In this document: positions 35,905-50,075 of the stretch, piece by piece
How the letters are laid out: every line of letters begins with the position of its first letter
Position numbering within the stretch: the stretch's first letter is position 1
Origin: Mytilus californianus
Taxonomy: Eukaryota
Reading direction: 5' to 3'
DNA: 64,000 bases
Assembly (NCBI RefSeq): GCF_021869535.1
Contig: NW_026262604.1
Span: forward strand, 22,010,001-22,074,000
Notes under the pieces: model-generated
What the model was told of the DNA's origin: nothing
Databases searched by the model: none
Seen by the model: the letters and a program-made list of their open reading frames with translations, nothing else
Made by a program: the position numbers and the translations under genes

Positions 35905-35972
35905 CTTGGTGTGTCAGTGTTAGATCACCCTCTGGCCTCCGGCCATCGGGGTGATCTTACACTGACACACCG
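35905..35972. mobile_element. Hairpin of a palindromic non-autonomous element
   Basis: GGTGTGTCAGTGTTAGATCACCC-TCTGGCCTCCGGCCATC-GGGGTGATCTTACACTGACACACC. Confidence 0.65.
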
Positions 35973-38900
35973 CGTCCTCATGGCATGAGTATTACTGATT
36001 GTTTGCCTCTTATTACAGTGATGTCTGTGAGTGAATCAAATCTTTACAGAACAGTGCCCTTAGCTTTACAACTTTTGTTTTCAAATAATCTTTAATAGGA
36101 TAAAAAGCTTGCGGTAACATAAAACAAGCGGTAATCTTTAATAATCTAATTAAAAGTTAATCAAATCTTTATAGTAGACTTGTCACTTTGTGAGAGGATT
36201 AAATTTTAATCCGGTTTAAATTTTTATTTAAGAATAAGTCACGTCCACATAGCTGAACTTCGTATGCCACGTTCAAGTGAAATCTAAATTTTCAAACTTT
36301 TAGTTTATTCTATTCCTTTTCTTACATTGAACAATTACACAATATATTTTCATACAATTAAGTAAATAATTGACCACAAACGATATGTCAAACACTATCA
36401 AAATACTTTAAATGTTTTTGTTTGACTGCCTTAGGTGTCCAAATTCCAGAGATGAACATAATTCTATACGTCAGAAAACCCTAAGGGTGTCTCTCTAAAT
36501 TATATTGAGAGGAAGGGTTCCACACAGCTATTACAGAATTTACAGAGAAAATGTATTGAATTTCATAGTAACACATAACAATATTTGCTTAGTACTGAGC
36601 ATTGCCTTTAAGGTTCTTTGACAACATAGTATTTGTGAAAACATCTGAAAGCTAATAATTTATGCTTCAACTTATAAGATTTGTCTCGATACGATAGGTT
36701 GGTTCATGGCTTACAACTTATAAGATTTGGCTCGATACGATAGGTTGGTTCATGGCTTACAGTGTATTAACGTCCAGGAGAAAATATTCCATATATATAT
36801 ATATATATAGTACTTAAGGAGAAACGTATTTAGGATGGTAACATGTTTATGTGTTACATGTATGTATATAAACCCTATTTTGACATGACCGACACTCTAA
36901 GATGCTAGCTCACAAGGTAGTACGTCCCTTTATAGTACTTATAAATGTTCTGAATGTACCTTTTCGTTAACATCCTGATCGAGATGAAAAATGGATGGAC
37001 TGAGATCTTTGAAGAACCCTTTAGCAATCATACTACATATCCTTATTTCAAACAGTTTAACCCCGCCATATTTTCATGTGTGTATCCCAAGTAAGAATTA
37101 AACCTCGTCAGTACTATCAGTTGTCGTGTAACATATCTTATTTGGAGGAGAGGGTGCTGATGGTAGATCTTTGATTGTTTCTGTTAGATTTATAAATAAC
37201 TTGCATATGGTAGGAACGATGTAGAGATTGACATAGTGTGTGAACACCTGTTTACTGTTGAAGAATGTATGTTGCTTCTCTCGATTACCATAGTCATTTA
37301 GATCCTGAAACGGCCGATTGCAAAAGGTTATAATGAAGTGTTGTTGATCTGCTATTAGATAAAAGAATGCGCAGTATACTCGAAACATAAAACTCGCAAA
37401 GTATTTCACCGAAGGATATATATACCAGTTTGACGAGCATAAACGAACGAAACCATTTGAAGTTATTTGTACAATTAACAACGCTTACAAATATATGAGG
37501 GTCTGTATGGGGTTTACAGAATAGAACAAAAAGTGCAGATTAAGGCAAAAAAATAAAGAATGGAGATAATTAGGAAACAAAAATAACGAACAGAGAATAA
37601 CGAGGTGCTAAAATATAAAGAATAGATAATACTGGGCAAAAAAAAGAAAGAATAGAATAAAAAAGTAAAAAAGTTGAAGAAGAAAGGAATGACAGACCCT
37701 CCATCCAGACCCTCACATAGTAACCCTGCGTACAAAAGACGTGTTCCGTTGGCGTGTGATCAATGTGTATTCTACTTTCACCATTGAACTTACCTGATCA
37801 AATTTGTTTTGCAGAAAATCGTGTTTAAAGCATCATATGTAATATAGGTATAACTTTTACGTACTGGTGTGCATAATGAAACGAAAAGATAGTTCATAAA
37901 TATTCTTTTTTTTTTCTTATAGCTTGATGACTTCCTATGATAAACTTCAACATAAATTATCATTTTGCTTTGATTTCAAATAACAAAATACAATTTTGGT
38001 GACATGCGACGCATGACTTTAATATCACAACATCATAAAAAGAATGATAAAATCTATGTTATATAATGAAATTGACGGTACGATATTTTACTGCACCAGA
38101 TGCGCATTATTCAGTGGTGCTCGAGGCCAACATATTTGAAAGTCCAAAACCAAATACAATCGTTAAAAGAGCTGATAAAACCAAAAAGGTTAAAAAAACA
38201 AAACTAAACCCAAACAGTCGTGAAAAACAAATATACAGTATCGACCTCACGAACGTTAATCGATCGACTTGCGAAAAGTAAGGGTTGATCGGCTGATGAC
38301 ATTGATCGAAAGATAGTGGCGACATTTTAGAAGATAAAACATGTGTATATTATTTATTTTGTTAATGAGTAATATAGTTTAGCTATCAAAAGGTTTATTC
38401 CAAATATGTCTGCATGCACGTAGAATCCCCTTACCAACTTATACCCTTTTTGAAGATATTCAATGGCCTTTCATTTCTCCATGCACCGCCTTTTTCATTT
38501 CATCATCTAAATGATTTTTGGATGTTTGATTTGGGATCATATGGACACGGACTACTTAATATAGACTCTATACATTTAGTATGCATTTGTCTCCGCTTTT
38601 TTTCCTCAACACCTTATCATAATTTTATGAAACTTTTGCAGAATCTTTAGCATATAATCACATTGTGCATCTTCTATTTTGTTTTTGGTCCGATTTATCA
38701 TTAGTGTTTTGCCTTATGGTCTTTGCAGTGTTGGGAGGTTTAATTTTGTTCTTTCTCACCATTGAAGAAAACCCAAAACATCTCTTACTTTTTAATCCTT
38801 CACGGATAATATTTATGGTGTGGAATTTCAATTTTGTTAAACGTTTCTTCATATATTCAGTTATTATTATTAATATTATTGTCACAATGTCAAGTTATTT

Positions 38901-40859
38901 TCGCACTTATTACATTAACTTAATGTTCCCTTCCTTTACACAACAATTTCAAGAAGAAACGAAATAAAGTTGAGCTGTAAGATCTTGCTCACTAATGATA
39001 CCCCGCTATGAATATTAGATAAACAGGGGATTAAGTGACGAACGCGAAAATGCATCAGTACGGTATAGCATGAAGCTTGCTACCAAATTTCTTCAAACTC
39101 TGATTCGTAAATCCTGAGAAAAATGTGACGAACATTTTTTTATACGACCAACTATTATGTGTAAGAATATATGAGGAAGAATACGAGCAATGAATATGAA
39201 AACGCATCATATGTATAGTACTAGTATGCTCACAGGAAGTTCTAATTTGTAGTTCCTGAGAAAAATGAAACGAGAGTTTCATAGGACGAATGGACGGACG
39301 GACGAACACAGTGGTTAACCTCGGACCGGGGACGTAAATATGATACTGAGTATACTTGTGATCCACCAATGGTTAAATCGAATACAAAGGAGTTTTAGTG
39401 CGGTGGTTAAAACCTTGAGAAAATGCTCTATTGCACAAATAATGTTTCATGCGAACGTGACCGTGTGCCCAAGATAATGGGTCGACAACTCTGTGATGAC
39501 TTGCGCTTTCATTCATAATAGAACCAAATTAAAATATGATATCCCACAGATAACAGGTATACATTTCTTTAAAATCTGTAAGTGCATCGAACATTTAATT
39601 TTATGTTTACATTTAAATAAATTTCTTGAATGGAATAGTAAAATGATCCTATTAACATTTAAAAAATCAACATATTTTGCACGGGTGAATTCGTTTTACA
39701 TTAACTATTAGAATAAAAATATGAATTTTGTAATGAAATTAAAAATAGATAAATAATGATATAACTAAAAAATAAGACTCGTTTTACATCTAACCGTGCA
39801 ATTTGACAGCTATTACTTAAACGATAGAAACACGAATTTTTAGTTAATTTTGGATGCCATCTTTGTTATAAGTAAGTAGAAATGGAGGCACGTTGGGTCT
39901 ACTTAAAAATCACCAGTTACGATCGTATCAAATTATTTGAATGGTCAAATCAATTTAGAACTTAAAAAGCATTGAAACCAAATGTTCCAATAAGTATACC
40001 AAATCTGGCAAATACACTATGTCTGGGGTAAAAAAATCTTAGCACTACGAAAGATTTTTTACATTTCATAAACAGAGTAATTCCTAAAGAAATGAAGATC
40101 AAACCTTGAATTACTTTCAGTAACAGCAATAACACATAACAGCTTCCTACCTATATCTATTGATTTTAGCCATTTGCAAATAAATGATTTTACAGGTTGT
40201 TTTTATGGTGTGCTGTTGCACCACTGTCCAGGCCTAGGGTTAGGGGAGGGTTGTCGCCTTCAAACATGTTTAACCCCGCCACATTCTGTATGTGCTTGTC
40301 CTAAGTCAGGAGCCTATAAATTAGTGGTTATCGTTGGTTCATGTCTGTCATGTTTCAATTGTTTTTCAAGAATTCGGTTGTTATGCATTAGGCCGATAGT
40401 TTTCTCTTTTGAAATGTTTCACATATTCCTTGTCGAGACCTTTTATAGCTGACTATACGGTATGGGTATTCCTCATTGTTGAGGGCCAGACGGTGACTTG
40501 TAGTTGTTAACTTTGACGTCATCTGAAATCTGGTGGATAGCTGTCTCATTTCCAATCATACCACATATGCTTTTCTTTAATTAAGTCACTAATGATACCA
40601 CGTCTAATACAGTTATCTCCCGTACTCTTTGGTCGGGTTGTTGTCTCTTTGACACATTCCCTATTTCCATTCTCAATTTTATCATACTCAGCAAATCTAA
40701 ATAATGGTCATTTGTGTTGTTGGATTGCTGTCTTAGTTATGTCAATAAACTAATATTTACTATCGTTTTTAATATGGTTTGTAAGACCTTTTGGGATCCT
40801 TGGGTTTTATCGTAACTAAACAAACCTTCAAAATGTTGGAGGGAGAAATAATATTTATA

Positions 40860-41100
40860 CTTATTGGCAGAGGAAGCCGGAGTTTGCGGAAAGAACTACT
40901 GACCTTGGACAACCCAAGTCAAATAAGATTGGAGATCACATCTCGACATAGCGTCGAACTACTGACCTTGGGCAACAAAACTGGCAATCCCAGGCAAATA
41001 AGATCGGAGATCACATCTCGATATAGCGTCGAACTTAAGACCTCAGAGTTGAAAGGCTAGTGCCAACACTATATATCATCTACTTAGACCACTCGGCCAC
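40860..41100 (-). mobile_element. Degenerate tRNA-derived SINE with an internal duplication
   Basis: Shares GAGGAAGCCGGAG, AAGATTGGAG and CTACTTAGACCACTCGGCCA with the SINE at 56586-56847. An internal segment is duplicated (~40895-40955 and ~40955-41035). Confidence 0.65.
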
Positions 41101-44100
41101 ATTTGTATGTTACATGTACAGGGTAATTTAGTCATAACAACATTGATCACATCTCGACATAGCATTCCAAATTGGTATTTTTATAGGAGTAAACCTAGCT
41201 TAACAATAAGGACAAAATGACAAAATGTGGACCAAAAAAAAAACAACACAGAAAGATATTGAAAAAATCGTTGCGTTGTTTTCAGGAACCCGGATGGATG
41301 TTTGTACGGTACTTATTAAACTCTGAACTGACAGACAAACGTCTTTCAATAAATATACCTTGTTTAGAAGCGTTTAATGAAAAACGATACTTAAATAAAT
41401 ATAATAATTATATGCGAAAAGCCAGTTAGTGCATTTTAATAAATGATTCATCGAATTTATCTATAATATATAAAAAGTGAAACTTGATATTAATGGACAT
41501 TTAGATTTAACAAGACTATAATGGATAACTTATTTATTATATATGAGTGGTTTACTACAAAAATAGCAAGTCATTGTTCTCTCATGACAATGTTTGTTGA
41601 TGTAGGCCAATTGGTCACGTTCACAAATGACAATAAAGATCTTAAGTGGCCTTGATTGTTGATACAGTTTAACTTTTATGCATTCGGACAAAAATAATGG
41701 ACTCATTGGGGTGGTACAAATAAGGTTAAATTGAGATACACTGGAAATAAGATAATGTTATTTATTTGGTCATATATACTATGTATACGGAAAAGATTTC
41801 AGAATAGATTATCACTCTTTTACGATTTGTTTACGTTTTTTCTGCACTACATTAACTATTAGGCAACGATAAATTATCTTTTGTTTGTGAGTGTGTTAGA
41901 CTATGTAGGATGCTTTGTTTTTTGTTTTTGTTTTTTTGGTTTCGGAACGGAATGAAAAAAATAGTCTGTTTCTATTGTAAATAATTTAAAAAGCAGCATT
42001 GAGTTAAAAAATATTTCTGTATCTGTAAATGAAAATATTTTGTTTTTAATTAAAGTTTCCCCGGAAAAATTTTGCTGCTTCCGGTACTGATGAAGACTAC
42101 TCTAGAAACACTGGTCATCTCCATTTGTATTACATCGCGTTCTAAAATACCATTGCATCGCTATTGTTTAAATACAATTCCTAAAAATCCACAATTCGTT
42201 CTTAAGATAAAATTAAATCAGTTTCTTTTGTCCGAAATAGTTTGAAAGATCACCAAATATTTTACGCGGTACACCTGTGAAATGGTATATTCATACTACT
42301 TGTAAATCGTGAACTCGTTTTAATAGATGGGCTTGTAAAAACGAAACTGCTTTGAAATAAACCAATTAAAATTGAATATGTCGATATGGTTTACTATCAA
42401 GTACGTTTCATCAAATTAACTGACTCAAGCGTAAAGCACTCTTGTTAAATAAAAAAAATATAGATTTTTTAACTAATCTACACGATCAGGTGAAATCAAT
42501 TATGTAATACAGACATGTTTTCCAAAAGAGTATTTTTATGCCTTATTTATCCCAAGAAATGCTGCCGTGCGTTAATAAGTTCAATTTATTTACTTGCAAA
42601 CAATACTCGCTTCGATACAACTTTGTGTGCACAATCGGCGTACTTAAAACACCAACACCCAATCAATCATGCGTGATTAAAAAAAACATGGCCGAAAATG
42701 AATCGAACTCCAAGGATTGACTTGGGTATAAAATTTTGGTAATCTCTGGACTTCTCCGGCACGACGGTAAAACTTGGTAAAGAAGGATATCTTTTGGGCT
42801 TTGGGAGATGCATAAATACCAAGCCAAGTGAGATCGAAACGAGGACGATAAATGTGATGCACCTTATAGGTTGAGTGCACGTTGAGTGCACCTTATAGTT
42901 TGAGTGATAAATCTCTGCACGTAAAAGGATCTTTGACAATAATCTCTCATGAAATATTTGTCACTGGTCGTAAAGCAAGCACGCATCCTTCAATCAATCA
43001 ATCAACCAATAATTAATCGATGTTTGATGAATATTTTATTGTTTTGTTACACATCAGTGGTTTTTCATTATCCGAACGTTTATAAAAATTAAAGTCTGGA
43101 GGTACAGCAATTAACTCATTTCAGTTGAATTTTTTTCTTCATTGCCCTCCCTGGGGTAATTTCTTTCTTTCACTTTGTACTGTTCTTGAAAGATCAAAGT
43201 GAAAAGCGGCATGTTACAGAAATTTTCCATTTATCATTTAAAAAAGTCGATTCATAGATATTATTAAAATTTATACCTTTATTCTAATTGTCAATTTATT
43301 ATTGTTAAATGTATAACTAATGGTTTATAATCTATTGTAAATTAAAATTCAATCAATTTTCGTAAAGTGCAAGTCATCACCTTTATCATCACGTTCACAT
43401 CATGTCATTTTTCCAGGTCAAGATTTATAAACTGATTGTAACTATTAGTCAATATCATTAAAAATGGAAATCCAAGGGCTAACCGGGTATAGAAATATGT
43501 TCATTCCTCATCCTGATGTAAAATCGTGCTAAAGACGTCTATTTGGCTGTGATACACAGCCACGTCCTGCCGGAATGGGGGGAGCTGCATCCAATGCCAT
43601 ATGAAGGGCGAGTGCCAAGCTCTCTGCACGTAAAAGCACCTTAGTAACAACTTACTCGAGGGGTCTGTAGGTGGCCTGTTGCAAGTCAATGTTTCTGCCA
43701 AAATATAATAACCCTCATTTTCAAAAGGTCATCCGAATTTCCAACCTTTTATTGCGTTGACTACCTTTTAAAGACTACCTAATTAATGCATTTATTGCTA
43801 TTTGTTCTATACCTTAAGATGCATAAAATATTTGCCACTGGACATTAAACAAGCAACAATCAATCATATTATAAAAGAGGGGGGAGGGAGATATCAAGAG
43901 GCGGCACCAACAGCCACCAATAAAAAAGACAACACCATAACCAAAACGAAAAACGACGAAAAGACAAAAATCAATCGCTTACTTCATGAAATATTACCCA
44001 ATGGACACTTATCAAACACCAAGCATTCAATCAGATAATTCATATTCATAATACATTTGTTAAAAGTTCTACAAAATATTAAGTATGTATTCAAAAATTG

Positions 44101-44329
44101 ATTAGTCGAAGTCAAAGTAAATATTCAAAACTTGAAAAATAGGTAATCATCTTATATCATCACATCAGTCCATTAACAAATTCTCTCAGGAATAATATCA
44201 GATCAACATCTTTACTTAAAATGATCTAATAATCATTGAAGCAACCAATGAAATTCACACCTCATATTCTTTGAAGACATGTAACATGTTACTTTTATTA
44301 TTCTCCCCTTAGTTTATTTATTTTGTATT

Positions 44330-44807
44330 TGCATTGTATCATAGGTCAAATTTATTTGTTCAGTGTATGTTCACTGGTGTTTATATGTCCTTTGATTGAG
44401 TTAAACCATTTCAGTTGATATTTTATAGTGTGTCTTTCTATGTTGTGATGTTACACTATTGTTTCAGAAAAAGGGTGAAGGTTTGGTACCATTAAAACGT
44501 TTAAACCCGCTGCAATTGTTTGCACCTGTCCTAAGTCAGGAATCTGATGTTCAGTAGTTTTCGTTTGTTGATGTGGTTCATAAGTGTTTCTCGTTTCTCG
44601 TTTTTTATATAGATTAGACCGTTGGTTTTCCCGTTTGAATGGTTTTACACTAGTAATTTTTGGGGCCCTTTATAGCTTGCAGTTCGGTGTGAGCCAAGGC
44701 TCCGTGTTGAAGACCGTACTTTGACCTATAATGGTTTACTTTTATAAATTTTGACTCGGATGGAGAGTTGTCTCATTGGCACTCATAACACATCTTCTTA
44801 TATCTAT
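44330..44807 (-). mobile_element. Abundant dispersed non-autonomous repeat (longest copy in the window)
   Basis: Near-identical to 51273-51540 (opposite strand) and 52206-52484. Partial or decayed copies at ~20510, 22800, 23700, 24250, 40260, 47510, 48260 and 58270. All end in GAGAGTTGTCTCATTGGCA...CCACATCTTCTT. Confidence 0.8.
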
Positions 44808-45334
44808 GTACCATTGCGACTAATCCCGGGGAAGCCAAAAAAGGTCTTCCGAACAGAAAGTTACACGGAAAGTCGTCACATACGGAGAGTCGTCATCTCC
44901 TCGTAAGTGAAGTGTGGACGAAGGATTTGTAGTTCAAAGAGATTGCAATTGTGCAATCGAATTATACCACCCACATTTCTACTTTGAATTCTCACAGGAA
45001 CCTTTAATGGATTTTTACGACTTCAAACGTTAGCATTATTTATTATATTCTTTTCTGTACATACAAGGTTTCAGATTATATTTGAATATGTAACATGTAA
45101 ATATATTTCACTAGACTTGTAAACATAAAGTCTCTGACACGAGTGTTATACAGAATTTATATACAGTTATATATCAATAATCTACTCGAAATAGACCACC
45201 TATCTCGATAAAGTATGCATAAAGGAACAGTTTGGGAGATGAAAAATTGAACATAATTTCAGGAGTGTTTTTGCTATTGCTCTTGTTTTTGTTGTTGCAA
45301 ATAAACTCATCATAGATACAGTCTCAACATTTTG

Positions 45335-45382
45335 TACGGCAGACGAGCGTTTTGTCTACAGAAGACTCATCAGTAACGCTCG
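45335..45382 (-). ncRNA. Type-I hammerhead ribozyme-like motif, probably inactive
   Basis: The minus strand reads GAGCGTTA-CTGATGA-GTCT-TCTGT-AGAC-AAAA-CGCTC-GTC-TGCCGT. CUGAUGA core, 4-bp stem II and GUC site are present, but the invariant GAAA reads AAAA. Confidence 0.6.
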
Positions 45383-48300
45383 AATAAAAAAAGGTAGAGA
45401 GAATCGATTCGACTGATTCAAACACTTTTGACAATACATATGACAATATATACACCAGGACAAAACCCCTTGCCACAAAACAATGTTACAAATCATCATT
45501 AAAATATATGTGCGGTGACAATAACATTAATGATACCAATTTTACGGCAACTGCGGCAATCAACGTCTCTTCAGTTATGATCTAAGCTAAAAAAAATCGA
45601 AATTCTAAACCCTAATACAAACGCGGAAGAGCTGATCAAACCAAAAAAGAGGGTGCCAATCCCGGAGAGCTATGAGGGAGATATATTCCTTAATTAAAAT
45701 TATTTCGAAAGTTTATAACAGAAAATTGATATAAAACAATATCCGTATTTTCAAGGTTATAAGGTTATCCTGTCATTTGTTTGCTATAAACGTCATCGCT
45801 TTATGTTGCGTAGGATTCGCCAACATCGTTCAACTCAAATGTCATCTGGAATTGGAACATTTTTTCCCAATCACGTGACTTCTAGCCCTTTAAGATGCCA
45901 CTGACTTAAGACCTCTTAATATTTTGTCGCATGTTTTCATTTCCCAAAGGTGTAAAACAGTTGTATCAAAATAATTGTACATGCGCACAACCAAGGTGAA
46001 ACAATAATCAACCTTACGACGAGATACTTGACAAAAATAATATTTCATTTCTTTCCTAGCGAAGCTCGACCGCTCAAAAGTTGTGTAATTGCCGGTCACA
46101 CGTTTAGCATTCACAATGCATGGACTGCAAAGTTTTAGCTAATTTATTGTTTTGGCGGAATAATAAGGAATAATACAAACTTCAGTGAGTCTTAACTTGT
46201 TTCTTCTCCTCGCTGACCAGACCTGGCCTTATTTGGTAAATGTCTCTAATTGTATAACAAATTGAAGCATGCAATAAGATTAGCTTAATTTTCCAAAATA
46301 GACTTTAACCTTTCACAATAGAAATAACAAAATTATTGAGTGAAATATTGCAAATATAAGAAAAACAGTGATTTTTTGTAATCCCACCCTCCCTTCTGGA
46401 ACCGCTTATGTATATTTCAATTCCCATTAAAACAATTTTCTTTTGTATAACCTAATATATGAATGAGGATATAATAGTGGAAAGTAGAATTTCTTCCTTT
46501 TTTATTACTGTTATAAATGTAATACTTGTTATGTTGATTTGAGGAGGGGCAAGTTGTCGAGCGTTTAAGAACAGACCAAAACCAAACAAACAAACTTAAA
46601 TTTTTTTTATTTTTTTTTGTCATTTGTATTAGATGAATACGAATACTTTATTAAACCAATTATCGGCCCCATAAAGGGCATGTTACATATAATGATTACA
46701 AATAGACATAAAAAGCAAAATGAAACAAAAGAAAAATAACTCTAATGTTTATGATAACATGGATGTAACTATAGCAGTGGTTTTCTTATTGTAAAACATT
46801 TATAACAAGTTAAAGCCACAGTGTTGCATATTTCATGTGTACAAGAAAGAAGCTAAATAAATCTGTATTTGTTTTTTAGTATCAATCTTATTTATTGGAT
46901 TTAAGACTCATAAATATCTTATATCAAGTGTATACTAGTATTCTATATTGTTATTTGAGGTCAACGTTTATTACATTGTATTTGCTATAACAGCCATTTT
47001 TCAACATCAATATGCAATCAAAAATTGATTCGACGAGTTATTTTTAAATCTCACTTAACCGACTTTTCAATTTATTACATAATCCGTAATATAAACCGGA
47101 TCCCAATTCCCACTGCCCAAAATTAAATAAATTAATATTCAATTGTTGCAAAGTATCAATTGATTTGACCTTTAATTCCCACTTGTTAATGATATAAATC
47201 TTTTTGTTGAACATGTGTTGACTGGTTTATGGATAAAAATCTTCACAATTTGAAATTAGAGTCCTTTGACGAGCTGATATGCACGCTCCTATCCATTTAA
47301 AACTATCATTTATAGCGTAAATCAAATCTGTAAGTATTTGATTTCAAAAAGCTGTAACAAGGTGTATCAAGATATGTCTAGATATATAATATCAATTCTC
47401 AAACACTTGACTATGCTGTCAAATTAATAAATAATCGGTATTAATAAGAATGTCTTGTCATTGTGCTTCTCACAAAAACCTGCCAAGTTCTTAAACAGTA
47501 AACATTCTGTATGTATGTGCCTGTCCCAAGTCAGGAGCCTGTAATTCAGTGGTTGTCGTTTGTTTATGTGTTCCATATTTGTTTTTCCTTCATTTTTTGT
47601 ACATAAATCATGCCGTTAGTTTTCTCGTTTGAATTATTTTACATTGTCATTTCGGGGCCTTTTATAGCTGACTGTGCGGTATGGGCTTTGCTCATTGTTG
47701 AAGGCCGTACTGTGTCATTTGGTCTCTTGTGGAGAGTTGTCTCATTGGCAATCATACCACATCTTCTTTCTTATATTGCATGCTACACCTGTTTCACGTA
47801 TGCAATGACATTGGTGTAAACTGTATGTTCCTTGTCATGGGTGTAAGGCGGATGTTTTGCGAATCATATAGTTATGCGTAAAGCATTTATAGAGAGTGAA
47901 CTGTGTAAATAGTGGACGACCATTTGATATTCTGAAAAGGGGGGGGAGATAATTTTTTTGCAGAATGATTATTCGTTTTCATCTGTTGCTACGCATGGCT
48001 TTTCTTTTATATAAATATTTATTTTCTATGCAAGGTTATTTATTTTCAGGTCTTACCAGGACAGGATTTACATTTTTATAATCCTCATGCCCCCCCTAGA
48101 AAATCAAAAAGTCACCAACGAACGTATAAAGGATAAGACTTTTGTACTAGGATAAGATGGTTCCCGCTGGAAGTTGAATTGAAATCAGAAAATGATTTTT
48201 GTGTAATCATCTTTTTCTCAAACATCCGAATAAACGCACATACGAAATAACGTTCAATTGTCATTTCGGGGACTTTTACTGCTTGCTATGCGGTATGGGC

Positions 48301-49621
48301 TTTGGTCATTGTTGAAGGCCGTACGGTGACCTATAGCTGTTTACTTCTACGTCATTTGGTAGTTGTCTCATTGGCAATCATCTCATATCCTCTTATTTTT
48401 ATATGTATGTTTTTAGAAAAATTGGAAAAGGTTTGAGGATATTTCCCTGTTAAGTGCTACGTCATTTATCATGTTCACAATATTTCTCGAAAAAAAAATA
48501 TGGCGGCTTCCAGTACGTTTCCATCTATGATGCAGCCTAGCCAGTTTTCAAGTAGAGGTTGAGGAAAAAAAATATAGAGAACCTGGATCATAATGGTTAA
48601 TGAATGTTCAAAATTCCATGCACACCAAAAAAAATTTTTAAATTCCGGAAAAGAGTGTGCGCAAGTCAGTGCTATAAAAGACTAATAATCATCCCTTGTC
48701 AACTATGTATATGTTTATTGTGAAAGTGTCCATCGTCTTTTTACTTATTAACGAATATCCCCATGATACCGGCATTCATTAATTTATGGGGATGTCGGAT
48801 TCTCGGGGTCTTACCTAAAATTTTAGGGGAATTCATATTTTTTTATATAATTTTTAAAATGAAATGGTGAAACAAATCACAAGGATATTTTATCATATCA
48901 AATACGATCAAGAGATTTGCAAAATTGATCTCAAACAAAATTTAAGTGATTCAACAAAAAAAAAATATTTTGAAATTTCTATTTCAACCCGAGGATTTGT
49001 CCCAGTTTTAACTGTACTATTTAAATAGATAAACCCAATCGAATTATCTGATTGGTCAATCTTTAGCTGTGACGTAAGCATGAAAATTATGTTTAGCATT
49101 TTGTGCTGCTAACGCGTTAAAATCTAACAATCAATCAATCACCTAAATGTAACGATTTACTTCTATAATGGAGATGAGGTAAGATTGCCAATGAGCCAAC
49201 TATCCAAAGATCAAAGCACAAATAATATATATCTTTTAATAATTTCTTTTGTTTGGGTGCACTATGACGTGGGATGAAAACCACTGAATTGAACCTTCCA
49301 ATCGATGAAAGATCGATAGTCCATAAAACAATCATAACGGCGCATATGACCCCAAATCGACCTGTGATGTAAACAGTAATTTCAAAATTACGGTTCGTTT
49401 TAACATAGACACCGGATAAAAGAAGATATATTTGGACAACAGTACACCTGTCATTTGTACAATAGATGGCTGATTGCAGGTTATGTATTAGATACACCTT
49501 GAGGGCGTTAGCAATCACGAATAGGTGCATCTAATGTACACCAAGATATTATTGTCACATGCAAAATGATAGTTTTCAACAATTTAAGACGGCCGGGGTC
49601 TTTCAGCGATTTGATCAAATG

Positions 49622-50075
49622 TTATTAAAAAATTTATTTAAGTACAAATTACACCCATAAGAGGGCCAAAGGCATGACAATTACATGTAATAACAACAAT
49701 ATAATGATGACATTGAAATTTACATAAAAAATAAAAATAAACAAAAACATTAAACATTAAACACAACAAATGACCTCAAATGCCCCCTGTCCTCAGTTCC
49801 ATAGACTGTTTAATAAAGGAGCCTAAAGATTTCACTTGTTTACTAGTGGTTGGATTTAGTATATATTTCATTTTATTATCAGAAAAATCTTTGTATTGAG
49901 TTTTTAAATCATTAAAAAAGACATGTCTTAAATCATCATTTATTTTACATATTAAAAAGAAATGGGATTCATCATCCAGAACTTTGCACTTATTACAAAG
50001 TCTTTGAGGGCGTGGAATATTTTTATATCTTCCAGTTTCAATAGCGAGGGAATGATCATTGAAAAGCATGATAAA
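49622..50075 (-). mobile_element. 3' fragment of a LINE (C-terminal CCHC domain plus 3' UTR)
   Basis: HSLAIETGRYKNIPRPQRLCNKCKVLDDESHFFLICK resembles the C-terminus of the LINE at 10330-12330. It is followed by an AT-rich 3' UTR ending near AATAAA. Confidence 0.8.

Larger units (their letters stand above)
32290..36850. repeat. Upstream part of TRIM duplication unit 3
   Basis: Colinear with 7380-7830, 16500-21810 and 840-2420. Contains a MITE remnant at ~32520 and a unit-specific insertion at ~35210-35993. Confidence 0.85.

Noticed and set aside
38290-38315. CTGATGACATTGATCGAAA hammerhead-like string
   Set aside because: There is no stem II pairing and no stem I or III.
42080-42125. CTGATGA...GAAAC...GTC hammerhead-like string
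   Set aside because: Stem I does not pair and stem II is out of register, so it is probably chance or too decayed to support.
42640-43740. GC-richer patches with short ORFs (42667, 42677, 43501)
   Set aside because: No recognisable protein motif. The shared CTCTGCACGTAAAAG text at ~42912 and ~43622 points to SINE-like repeat cores rather than exons.
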